DNA of 64,000 bases, taken from positions 1,577 to 65,576 of the forward strand of contig CATYSO010000012.1 of assembly GCA_958412345.1 (NCBI GenBank). Direction: 5' to 3'. The DNA is from an uncultured Collinsella sp. (GTDB lineage Bacteria > Actinomycetota > Coriobacteriia > Coriobacteriales > Coriobacteriaceae). Position 1 is the stretch's first letter; every line of letters starts with the position of its first letter. A program made the translations under genes and the position numbers. The notes beneath the pieces were generated by a model that saw nothing but the letters and a program-made list of their open reading frames with translations, searched no databases and had not been told where the DNA came from. This document shows positions 53,159-62,013 of this stretch, in pieces.

Positions 53159-54694
53159 TTAACGACGAAAGATTGATTTTAGCACCGAGGTTATTGAAGC
53201 ATCTTTACTCGAATCTGAAACTGAATCAACTTGGCTGAAGTTCACATGGAAATGAAGCCTACCGAACGCGATATCCCTATCTAGCTCATTCACCGATACG
53301 GAAGTAGAAGGCGATATCAGCTGAGTTATCTCACCCAAAAATAGTGATTGATTAGTTTTGACATCAGACGAATAAAGATGGATATACAGAATAGACTCAC
53401 TGCCGATTTGAGAGGGCAATGAAATAGCCATTTCCAACTGATCGCGATTGTGGTTAAAGTCAATCCATTTCAAATCCGATTGATCTGACTTAAGCCAATA
53501 AGCCGCTCGTATTAACGTTTGAGAATCAAAGTCCAGATTCGTGGAAAGCGTAATGGAGACATAATTTGCGCAAACAGGAGTCTGGGCATCAGCGCAAATT
53601 TTATAGTTAATCAAAGCGATATCACGCGATAGTTGAGCTAGCTCATCATTTATTAAAACTGGAAGAGTCCTGACATCCGCTAAAGTGTCACCCTTAGGTT
53701 TAAGCGTATTGTTCTGATAACTTAAAACAGCATCGAGAAACATTTGATTTTCAACCTCAATTGAGGTCAACTCGCCGCAATCCATCTGCGTCTCATTCAA
53801 CGAGCTTAAAAGGGCAGAGGCGATGCCCTCAGGGCTCGTTTCAGAAAAGCGTATAGCAGTAGACTTAAAATCGTAAGCAGTGTTCTCGCCAAACACTTCA
53901 ACGACATTGAGGCCAGAAGCAAGCATCTCAAAAGGCAAACGAGATGGATTGCTCGCGCTGAGGGAAATGCCGACAGAGCACAGCGAATACAAATCAGCAC
54001 ATTCCGATGTCGTCAGAACCCCCAACTGATGAATCCGGTCCGAATCGGTAAGGACCTTTTGATTACTACCGTATAGATAAAATGAAACACGAGAATCATA
54101 AGTGCACGCAAGTTGAATAGCCTTGATGAGCATGCCGGAAAGACGCCGATCTTTGCCAGGTTGAAAAATGGCGCAGACGGAGAAGGGCTCTCTATCATTC
54201 TTATTTGCAGCGTATAGCTCCAAATCAACGCCAAAATCGCAAAATGGAACCGAAAACGGATAATACTTCGAGACCTTGGAAGAAAGCCAACGTCCGATTG
54301 TGATAGGCTTCAAATCTAACCGATAGGTATTTTCAGCCCTTAAATAGCACTCCCCCATCGGATAAAACCAAGGTTCATAATCTTGAATGAAATACAACTT
54401 AAGTGGAGTTGATTGAAAAGCAACAAATTCGGCAGTTGGCCAAGCGGTCGCAATAGCGATGTCAAAGCTGCAAGGTATTGCGTGCTCAACTCGAACCGAT
54501 TTGGGTTTGTAACCAAACCAGAGATAAATCTGTTCAGCAACAGTTCCCGCGCTCTTATATGCCTCGGAACCAGGAAGAATGAAGAAATGACATTCAAAAC
54601 CACGCTGATCCAGATAGCCAGCTTTAGTACAAATAGTCCTAAAACCGCCCGAACCTTTTTCTGGAGGCGAGATAACCCACGCAACTCTATTCAT
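53159..54694 (-). CDS. WsaF/RgpF-like GT-B rhamnosyltransferase with C-terminal extension
   Basis: GSGGFRTI, IATAWPTA, YFIQDYEPWFYP and NPSRLPFEMLASG. Confidence 0.7.
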   Translation of the reverse strand: MNRVAWVISPPEKGSGGFRTICTKAGYLDQRGFECHFFILPGSEAYKSAGTVAEQIYLWFGYKPKSVRVEHAIPCSFDIAIATAWPTAEFVAFQSTPLKLYFIQDYEPWFYPMGECYLRAENTYRLDLKPITIGRWLSSKVSKYYPFSVPFCDFGVDLELYAANKNDREPFSVCAIFQPGKDRRLSGMLIKAIQLACTYDSRVSFYLYGSNQKVLTDSDRIHQLGVLTTSECADLYSLCSVGISLSASNPSRLPFEMLASGLNVVEVFGENTAYDFKSTAIRFSETSPEGIASALLSSLNETQMDCGELTSIEVENQMFLDAVLSYQNNTLKPKGDTLADVRTLPVLINDELAQLSRDIALINYKICADAQTPVCANYVSITLSTNLDFDSQTLIRAAYWLKSDQSDLKWIDFNHNRDQLEMAISLPSQIGSESILYIHLYSSDVKTNQSLFLGEITQLISPSTSVSVNELDRDIAFGRLHFHVNFSQVDSVSDSSKDASITSVLKSIFRR

Positions 54695-54701
54695 AATCAA
54701 C

Positions 54702-56279
54702 CTACATACAGGTAGCAACACTAACAAAGCGAATTAGATAAATACAATTCATTGAGCATAAACCCAGCAAGACTAAAGTTGCTGAAATCCCCTTATATTT
54801 AATTGCGCGACTTCTCAAACCAAATAGCAAAGCAGGTAGCACTGGCAAAAAATAGCGCCCCTGAACACCCTGAATGATGCTCTCATTATTGAAAGTCCAC
54901 CCTAGCCACATAGAAGCAATGGAACCAAGCACAGCGACAGCAAAAGCCCCTATATAAAAAGCAGGAAGGGGTTGATTGAGAAAGGCGTTCTCGTCTTGAG
55001 AATCAATGCAGCACATAAAACCAAAGAAAAGATATGGAATCATATAAAAAGTAGGCATACGAAGGTTCTCTTGGAACCATCCCAGGGAATAACCCAAAGT
55101 CGTTTCCCAATAGAAATCGCCAAGCGAATCTAAGGTGCGGCAAAAGACCATAAAGCTATTTCTTGGATGAAGCAGAATATCGTTCAAAGAATAAAATTGC
55201 CCAGTTTCACCTCCACGGCTAGAGGAAGTTGACTGAGAGACAAGTCCACTCACAGAGGCAAGACGCAGAACTAGCACGGAGGCTGCAATTACGAATATCA
55301 AGAGATATTTGCTTAGCCGTCCATTCTTTTCGTCTACAAACTTATCTAATGGAATAAATACGGCCAAGATAATCAAACCGCAGTAAATGACTTTGCACGG
55401 AGCCAGCAGTGCGGAGACGATAAAAAACGTGATGATTTGCCTAATGCCAATTGAGCGATCTTCTCCAAAGAAACCACGCATCAAAAAAGCAAATACGAGT
55501 AGCGAAAGAGCAATGATTCCCGAATCATATGAATAAGAAGCAGCAAGGTGAAGCGTCATCGGCAATAAAGAGACGAAAACGATTACCGACTTGCCTTTTG
55601 GCGCAATCTTATAAGCATGAAATGCACAAAAACAAAAAACGGCGATTGAGCCTATTCTACCTAAATAAAAAACCGGATATGCTCCGAGCCCCAAAAGTAG
55701 GCCAATTTGAAGTCCGATAACGGAGCCGATTTTTGCCGGAACATTTTCAGTTCCGATGGAGAAAGCTAAATCTGAAAATGAGACATATTTACTGGACTCA
55801 AACCACGAAAAATGGTTAAAGATAGAATCAAAAGAAGAAGAGCTGATCAAGCTACTCGATAGTTTCGAATATAAATTCAGATCAGCTTCTCTCACTAAAA
55901 ACGATCCATCAGCTGCCACTCTTGAGTTAAATGGCAAGCTGTCAACCAACCAATAAGTTGAAAAATAGTGATGCCCCTCATCTGGTACGGAAAAAGGCGG
56001 GAACATAAAGCAGAAGATGAGAGAAAAAAGGACAAGTACTGCTAGAAATATCCATTCATTTCTTAGAGTATCCCTGTCCCGTAGGTAGCAGAAGCCCAGA
56101 ACAAGAACAATCGCAAGCGAGACAAACACTACAAGCGCGACAAGCGTTCGCGGATTATTCAGATACCAAAAAAGGGAATAGAATAGAAACAGCGTAATAA
56201 GAAAACAAGGAAACAGCTTCCCATTAAGTGATTTAATCATATCGATATCCAATTGAGTCCATAACTCAGCATTAAACAA
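54702..56279 (-). CDS. DUF2142-like polytopic membrane protein (GT-C-like); start uncertain
   Basis: PPFSVPDEGHH, YLGR, SYSYD, LGW and QGVQGRYFLP. Confidence 0.7.
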   Translation of the reverse strand: MFNAELWTQLDIDMIKSLNGKLFPCFLITLFLFYSLFWYLNNPRTLVALVVFVSLAIVLVLGFCYLRDRDTLRNEWIFLAVLVLFSLIFCFMFPPFSVPDEGHHYFSTYWLVDSLPFNSRVAADGSFLVREADLNLYSKLSSSLISSSSFDSIFNHFSWFESSKYVSFSDLAFSIGTENVPAKIGSVIGLQIGLLLGLGAYPVFYLGRIGSIAVFCFCAFHAYKIAPKGKSVIVFVSLLPMTLHLAASYSYDSGIIALSLLVFAFLMRGFFGEDRSIGIRQIITFFIVSALLAPCKVIYCGLIILAVFIPLDKFVDEKNGRLSKYLLIFVIAASVLVLRLASVSGLVSQSTSSSRGGETGQFYSLNDILLHPRNSFMVFCRTLDSLGDFYWETTLGYSLGWFQENLRMPTFYMIPYLFFGFMCCIDSQDENAFLNQPLPAFYIGAFAVAVLGSIASMWLGWTFNNESIIQGVQGRYFLPVLPALLFGLRSRAIKYKGISATLVLLGLCSMNCIYLIRFVSVATCM

Positions 56280-56310
56280 CGATTGGCCTAGATAATCTCA
56301 AGGCCAATCG
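56280..56310. terminator. Intergenic hairpin
   Basis: CGATTGGCCT...AGGCCAATCG, a 10-bp perfect stem. Confidence 0.45.
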
Positions 56311-56329
56311 AAGAAAACTAATGTATTTT

Positions 56330-57172
56330 CTAGCAATTCCTGGATGCCATAATCGCCTTTATCTTATCGGCGTTTCCCCACACTCCAGGGGAATCATACG
56401 GCCGATCGGGAAAAGCGCCGTACTCAAGCGAAATATTCAGCTCATTATCCTTAATAAACTGCTCCATTTGAGCAGCAAGTGAAACTGGGGTTCCGGAGCA
56501 GCAATTGATGATACCGTTGATCTCGTCTTGCAGGACTGCACACGAGATCATATAGGCCAAATCCTTAACGCTAGTAAAATCGAATTTGTTTTTACCAGTC
56601 GTAAAGGGGAATGAAGTTTCACCGGAACGAGCAGCTCTCAACAGCTTTCCGAATACAGACTGAGAACCCTCATCATCGCCAAAAATATAATAACCTCTGA
56701 GCCACTGAAGGTTGAAACCCTTTAGGGAAGCCTCCTGAAACATGGTCCGCCTTAAGCAGTCTTTTGCAATCCCATACAATGACTGTGGGTTACAGGGCGT
56801 ATCATCACAAATAGCCCCCTCCCAATAGCCAACCTCATGCATGGAACCCATTACGGCAAGGTGCTTTACTCCATAGTCAGCCATTTTTAAAAGGAAACCA
56901 TAGTGACCGGACAGATCAGCAATGTGAGTTTCCGAATTATGGTTAAACCCATTTCTCCACGCAAGGTGTAAACAAACATCAGGAACACAGGACAGATAAT
57001 TCGACGGAGAAAACTCTGGATCCAAAATATTAGCGGAGATAGTCTCATCAGCATCATCGCCGACATATGGATTAACGTCAGCTGCAATAACGTGAACATT
57101 CATGTTATTGAGAGCAGCAACAACATGTTTGCCGATATACCCGTTGGCGCCTGTAACAAGAACCGTTTTCAC
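56330..57172 (-). CDS. SDR sugar reductase, Tll-like (dTDP-6-deoxy-L-talose forming)
   Basis: TGANGYIG, HLAWRNGFNH, MHEVGY, YGIAK, LQWLR, NCCSG and YDSPGVWG. Confidence 0.7.
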   Translation of the reverse strand: MKTVLVTGANGYIGKHVVAALNNMNVHVIAADVNPYVGDDADETISANILDPEFSPSNYLSCVPDVCLHLAWRNGFNHNSETHIADLSGHYGFLLKMADYGVKHLAVMGSMHEVGYWEGAICDDTPCNPQSLYGIAKDCLRRTMFQEASLKGFNLQWLRGYYIFGDDEGSQSVFGKLLRAARSGETSFPFTTGKNKFDFTSVKDLAYMISCAVLQDEINGIINCCSGTPVSLAAQMEQFIKDNELNISLEYGAFPDRPYDSPGVWGNADKIKAIMASRNC

Positions 57173-57199
57173 GACTATAACCCTTTCTAATGTCTGCAA

Positions 57200-58000
57200 T
57201 TACAGATTATTACTATTCTCGCTGAGTGCATAAACACGATTCACGGCTTTTGCAATAGGCTTCGGCCAAAGGCTAGACAGTATTTCGAAATCTTCGCCCT
57301 TACGAATGTCCTCACCCAAATTTAGGGAAGTAGCCGATTCAGCATAAATGCGATGTCCGACGAGCGGTTCGGGAATATAGACAAATCGTCCTTTGACCAT
57401 AGCTAAATCAACCCAAGTTTTATAATCACATGAATTTTTAAACGTGGTATCAAAAGGGCTTGGCCCAACGTTTTTCTTAACCAGAGTTACTGCAGGGCAG
57501 CAAATTGAATCGCCAAATGAAAGAATTCTTTTTTTCAAGAGCACCGAGTTATTAAGAAAACCAGATGACAGAGGCGAATTCATGATCCTCTTAATTTTTA
57601 GAAGAGAATTGTTATACACCCTTTGGTCATTACGAAGTTCAAAATAATCCGTGAAAGACAGGAGCGATTCGGACTCGTCGTATTTATTCAATGCGGCAAT
57701 AGTGCGTTCCAAGAATGATGGATCGTAATAATCGTCTTGATGAGCCATGGTGACGAGCTTTGTACCAGCCGAGTTGTAACCATAATTCCAGTCATCGCCC
57801 GCAAGATGCGGATGAGGATTGACGACCATCTCTATTCCAAACTCCGAGCAAACATCTTCAAGGTATTTACTCGGCGTAGAGGTGGACAAAATAATGTTTC
57901 CTCGTACTGTTTGATTCATCAGAGATTGAATCGTTCCCGAAATATAAGGATTCTCCTTATAAGCGCAAACAACGAAACTATGGTCTGAAGCGGTAAACAT
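57200..58000 (-). CDS. GT2 glycosyltransferase
   Basis: VVCAYKE, AHQDD, CCPAVT and HRIYAES. Confidence 0.82.
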   Translation of the reverse strand: MFTASDHSFVVCAYKENPYISGTIQSLMNQTVRGNIILSTSTPSKYLEDVCSEFGIEMVVNPHPHLAGDDWNYGYNSAGTKLVTMAHQDDYYDPSFLERTIAALNKYDESESLLSFTDYFELRNDQRVYNNSLLKIKRIMNSPLSSGFLNNSVLLKKRILSFGDSICCPAVTLVKKNVGPSPFDTTFKNSCDYKTWVDLAMVKGRFVYIPEPLVGHRIYAESATSLNLGEDIRKGEDFEILSSLWPKPIAKAVNRVYALSENSNNL

Positions 58001-58010
58001 AAATCACCAT

Positions 58011-58601
58011 CTAATAAATTGGAGTCCAAGACTGGGACTCAAAATCATATCGTTTAATAGGTTGGGCCGGAGCTCCAACCGCAATGACATTATCGGGCAA
58101 AGATCGCGTCACAATCCCCCCAGCGCCAACAATTGTCCCATCTCCAATAGAAACTCCCGGAAGAACGCAAACATTCTCACCTAGCCATACGCGATCACCA
58201 ATACGAACGCCCTCAGCAGTGAGCTTCCTTTCTGCCGGAGCGGATAAAGGCGTATCCGGTCCATATGCTCCATGGCTCGTATCGCTAATAAAGACTTTTG
58301 AAGCAAATAGGCAGTCATTGCCAATTTCAACACAGCCGGAAGATACAAGGTGCACATTATCACCAATTTGGCAATTATCGCCCATAGTAATAAGGCCTTG
58401 TTCAAATACTTCTATTCGGCAATTTCTCCCAGTAGATAATCCCTTGCCATAGTGAAATGAAGACTTTCCCCTAATAAAAATAGGGCGACGAACAAGCTTA
58501 GCACCCGGATAGCAAACAAGGGTAAGAAAAAAAGACCACGCCATTCTGACGATATCGGAAAGCGAATAATGCTTGAGATCGTTAAAGATGCTATTCATCA
58601 T
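58011..58601 (-). CDS. Hexapeptide-repeat (LbH) sugar O-acetyltransferase
   Basis: IGDRVWLGENVCVLPGVSIGDGTIVGAGGIVTRSLP...GAPA. Confidence 0.87.
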   Translation of the reverse strand: MMNSIFNDLKHYSLSDIVRMAWSFFLTLVCYPGAKLVRRPIFIRGKSSFHYGKGLSTGRNCRIEVFEQGLITMGDNCQIGDNVHLVSSGCVEIGNDCLFASKVFISDTSHGAYGPDTPLSAPAERKLTAEGVRIGDRVWLGENVCVLPGVSIGDGTIVGAGGIVTRSLPDNVIAVGAPAQPIKRYDFESQSWTPIY

Positions 58602-59844
58602 GAGTCCTTTTAACTTTATGGAATGTAACGAATAAATCAATGAGACAGATTAATAAGCCAATCCCAAAAGAAACGACAACTGCAATATTGATACCGTTGG
58701 CCCCATACATCACAAACAGAATCTCACATCCAACAAAGGCGACCAACAATGAGCAAACATTAGCAATGAGAGCAGTGTTTAAATGACGCATCACTGTCAA
58801 TATATCAAAAGAAAAGGCAAATAAAGTTGTAACTACGGTTGCGAATAACGCCGGGGAGAGCAGGTAAACGCTCGACTCAATTGAAGAACCATACACAAGC
58901 AGTAGAACTGTCTCACCGATTAATTCACTCATCAAAATAGCGACAGCACCAATAAAGCAAATTGCGAGCAGGGTTCTTATTACAAATTGCTGAAACTTAC
59001 GATAGTCACGCTCGGACCAACATTTTGCAGCATTTACAAGAAGAGGATTATATAAGTATGACGCAGCAACCTGAACCAAAACTGTAGGAGTTGCAATTGC
59101 GGCATATTTTCCAAGCTCAGCATCACCATAGGCAATTCCAAATTTTTGCCTGATAATTGAAACAACTGATCCATAGCAGACTAGCGTCACAACCGCAGGA
59201 AAAAACTTTACAGCAAGCTCCCCAATTGTCGTTAAATTAATCGTGGGAACAACTGATTCGAACTGACTGGCAGCTCTAAAGTCAAATAGCCAAGTAATCA
59301 AAATACAGCAAATAGAGATTCCAATTAAGGCAAGGGGCAGCGTAAGCCCAAAGGACAACAACGCAATAAAGAGGCCAAGGCAGATCACGCCACGAGCCCC
59401 TTGCGAAATCCCTATGTAGTCCATTCTCAATGCACGCTGCTCTATTGCGTAAAATACAGAGCAGAAGGCTTCATCAGCTTTAAACAACAACCATGCTAAA
59501 CAGGTTGAAAAAGAAGTTATCGGCGATGATAAAAAGAGGTATAACAAAACAGGGATCACGCCAGCAAATACTGTAAAAAACCTAAAAGCAATATATTGAC
59601 CAGAAGAATACTCGTTTGCTAAGTCAGAAACTTGAATAGTCCTCATGTTATACGTGGCGAGGGGATAATAAATATTTCCAAGTGCCATAGCAAATGCAAG
59701 TCGACCGGAATTCTCGTAATCATTTGAAAAGATTACGACCGCAATCGTCATAGCCCACATACAGGCTTGATAAATTAGACAGCCTACTGAATTCCAGAGC
59801 ATGTTTTGTTTTGTTGATAAGGTCAAGTTTGTTCTAAACACCAA
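58591..59844 (-). CDS. Wzx-like oligosaccharide flippase
   Basis: About 12 TMs, NMLWNSVG N-terminus and MRTIQVSD; glycan-locus context. Confidence 0.75.
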   Translation of the reverse strand: MVFRTNLTLSTKQNMLWNSVGCLIYQACMWAMTIAVVIFSNDYENSGRLAFAMALGNIYYPLATYNMRTIQVSDLANEYSSGQYIAFRFFTVFAGVIPVLLYLFLSSPITSFSTCLAWLLFKADEAFCSVFYAIEQRALRMDYIGISQGARGVICLGLFIALLSFGLTLPLALIGISICCILITWLFDFRAASQFESVVPTINLTTIGELAVKFFPAVVTLVCYGSVVSIIRQKFGIAYGDAELGKYAAIATPTVLVQVAASYLYNPLLVNAAKCWSERDYRKFQQFVIRTLLAICFIGAVAILMSELIGETVLLLVYGSSIESSVYLLSPALFATVVTTLFAFSFDILTVMRHLNTALIANVCSLLVAFVGCEILFVMYGANGINIAVVVSFGIGLLICLIDLFVTFHKVKRTHDE

Positions 59845-59856
59845 TAATTCCCACTA

Positions 59857-60936
59857 TTAATAACACGAACCATAGATATATTTGTAATAATCAAGAGTCT
59901 TTGCGGCGGTTTTACTCCAGGAGAAATCTAAGACCCGCTTCAATCCTTGACTAACTTTCTGCTTGAACAGACAAGATTCGCTTAAGAGCGAGTTTATTGA
60001 GTCAACGACGTCATCAACGTTCGATTCCTTAAGCAGTAAGGCCGCATCACCCGCAACTTCAGGAATTGAGCTGATATTCAGCCCAATTACAGGCAGCCCG
60101 GAAGCCATGGACTCAAGAACTGGAATTCCAAATCCCTCATACTCTGACAAATATAGAAGGGCAATTGAACGGTTAAAGATATTTGAAACCTCAGAGGCTG
60201 AAGGATAAACGTAGTTTGTAAATCTACCCGGTATCATCTCATCAAGCAAATTACGCTCGTCATCATTTAACGAAGCACCAATAATTCGTAACTCTACTTG
60301 CGGAACCTTTGCGACCGCCTTAACGGCTAACTCGAAATTCTTATATGCAGATTTACGATTGCCAATAAAGCAAACGGCATTTTCTCTTTTCAGATTAGGG
60401 TCATAGATATAAGAAGAATCATCGTAGCCCTGATGAATGATCTCGATCTGCTTCGAATTCGCTTCGGGTATATAGTTGAGCAAATCTCGACGTGTGCTCT
60501 CCGAGATGCAAATAATACCGCTTGCTTTTAACGCCGCCTTCTTTATCTGATAAAAGGAAACCGCTTTAAGAAGACCTTGGTACTGATTCATGCAAATAAA
60601 ATCATGTACCGTGCACACGTTTTTAATGTTTGAAGATTTTGGAACACGAAAATACGATGAGTGCAACAAACCATCTTCGGGAATATCTAGTTTTTTAAAC
60701 TCATCAACGCGAAGAGGCAATTCGCTTTGAATAATGCGCTTCGCGCTCGCAAGCGACATTTTATTTCTAACTTCATTTTGTCGAGAGTCTTTACGTTCAA
60801 AGATGGTGACATCGAACGATGTATCAAGAAGCGCAGCCTTGACGATGCTTTCCCAATAAATGGATCCTCCGCCGGTCTTCTGTAAACTAAAGACCAAATT
60901 ATCTAAATACAGAGGAATCTTATAGCTCGTCATCAT
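59857..60936 (-). CDS. GT4 (GT-B) glycosyltransferase, mannosyltransferase-like
   Basis: TVHDF, ISEST, YKN, EGFGIPVLESMASG and FSW. Confidence 0.87.
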   Translation of the reverse strand: MMTSYKIPLYLDNLVFSLQKTGGGSIYWESIVKAALLDTSFDVTIFERKDSRQNEVRNKMSLASAKRIIQSELPLRVDEFKKLDIPEDGLLHSSYFRVPKSSNIKNVCTVHDFICMNQYQGLLKAVSFYQIKKAALKASGIICISESTRRDLLNYIPEANSKQIEIIHQGYDDSSYIYDPNLKRENAVCFIGNRKSAYKNFELAVKAVAKVPQVELRIIGASLNDDERNLLDEMIPGRFTNYVYPSASEVSNIFNRSIALLYLSEYEGFGIPVLESMASGLPVIGLNISSIPEVAGDAALLLKESNVDDVVDSINSLLSESCLFKQKVSQGLKRVLDFSWSKTAAKTLDYYKYIYGSCY

Positions 60937-61282
60937 TACATCCACCATTTCCGTTATCAAGCTGATGCTTAAGCAAGGCAAGAGCTTGAGATAGATTCTT
61001 GATCGCCTGTTGTTGTTTGCTAACTGTGGAGCTCAGAGAGAGAGCCTGTAAAAGCAGAAAAAAGATAGCAATAAAAAATAGAAAATTAGAAGTGAGCTCG
61101 AAGCCAAGGCTGAAAGAAAGAAACGTTAGCACTGAGGGAAAGCAAGCAAACAGAATCAAAATAATAGAAAGGACAAACCATAGCAACGCATACTTCAACT
61201 CAAGCTTCTCTTTACGAATCAACATGAGCACGTAGAAAGCAAGTACGAGAACGGTGATAATTGCTAGCAATCTTGTCGTCAT
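60920..61282 (-). CDS. DUF2304-like small membrane protein (GacJ-like)
   Basis: Three TMs, YALLW and C-terminal coiled coil (IKNLSQALAL); downstream of a GT2 gene. Confidence 0.75.
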   Translation of the reverse strand: MTTRLLAIITVLVLAFYVLMLIRKEKLELKYALLWFVLSIILILFACFPSVLTFLSFSLGFELTSNFLFFIAIFFLLLQALSLSSTVSKQQQAIKNLSQALALLKHQLDNGNGGCNDDEL

Positions 61283-61290
61283 AAGAAATC

Positions 61291-61995
61291 CTACTTTGAA
61301 TGAGATGAAAACCAAGAAATAGCCACCGATAGGGTAACTTTTATCATGTAGTAAACGCTCGAGAAGCCCCCGATGGATGAAACACCACCTTGTCTCTCTT
61401 TCATTATCACAGAGACCTCGCCTACCGATAACCCGTTTGACAACGCATACGCAATAGACTCTGGCTCAGGATAGTCAATGGGATAGTGCTGAGAAAACAA
61501 CTTGATGGCCTTCTTGCCGGAAGCACGAAAACCTGATGTAGGATCTGTGACAGTTTTCCCTGTAAGCAGCTTTAAAAAGAAAGTAAACCACATTATTCCA
61601 ATTCTCCTCATAAGAGTCGATTGGAAGCCGTCGGTTTTAACCTTGAAGCGAGAGCCTATAACAAGGTCACTATTAGACATTTCCATTTCTTCAATTAGGT
61701 CGTGGATATATGTCGGGTCATGCTGGCCGTCACCATCAACTTGAACGTCAATATCATACCCGTATTTAAGAGCGTATTTATGGCCAGCCTGCACCGCACC
61801 ACCAATACCCAGATTCTGTGGTAGATCGATAACATTTATATGATGCTCTAAACAAACATCAAAGGTATTATCGGTTGACCCGTCATTGATAACAACGTAG
61901 TCGTAACCGCAATCGGAAACCGATTGAACGGTCTTAACGATATTAGTCGACTCATTGTATGCAGGTATTATTACTAGAACTTTTGAGTTCATCAA
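61291..61995 (-). CDS. GT2 polyprenol-phosphate sugar synthase (GacI-like)
   Basis: IPAYNE, NDGSTD, NLGIGGAVQ, VDGDGQH, DPTSGFR and DYPEPE. Confidence 0.87.
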   Translation of the reverse strand: MMNSKVLVIIPAYNESTNIVKTVQSVSDCGYDYVVINDGSTDNTFDVCLEHHINVIDLPQNLGIGGAVQAGHKYALKYGYDIDVQVDGDGQHDPTYIHDLIEEMEMSNSDLVIGSRFKVKTDGFQSTLMRRIGIMWFTFFLKLLTGKTVTDPTSGFRASGKKAIKLFSQHYPIDYPEPESIAYALSNGLSVGEVSVIMKERQGGVSSIGGFSSVYYMIKVTLSVAISWFSSHSK

Positions 61996-62013
61996 TCGAT
62001 GCCCTTTACTAAT

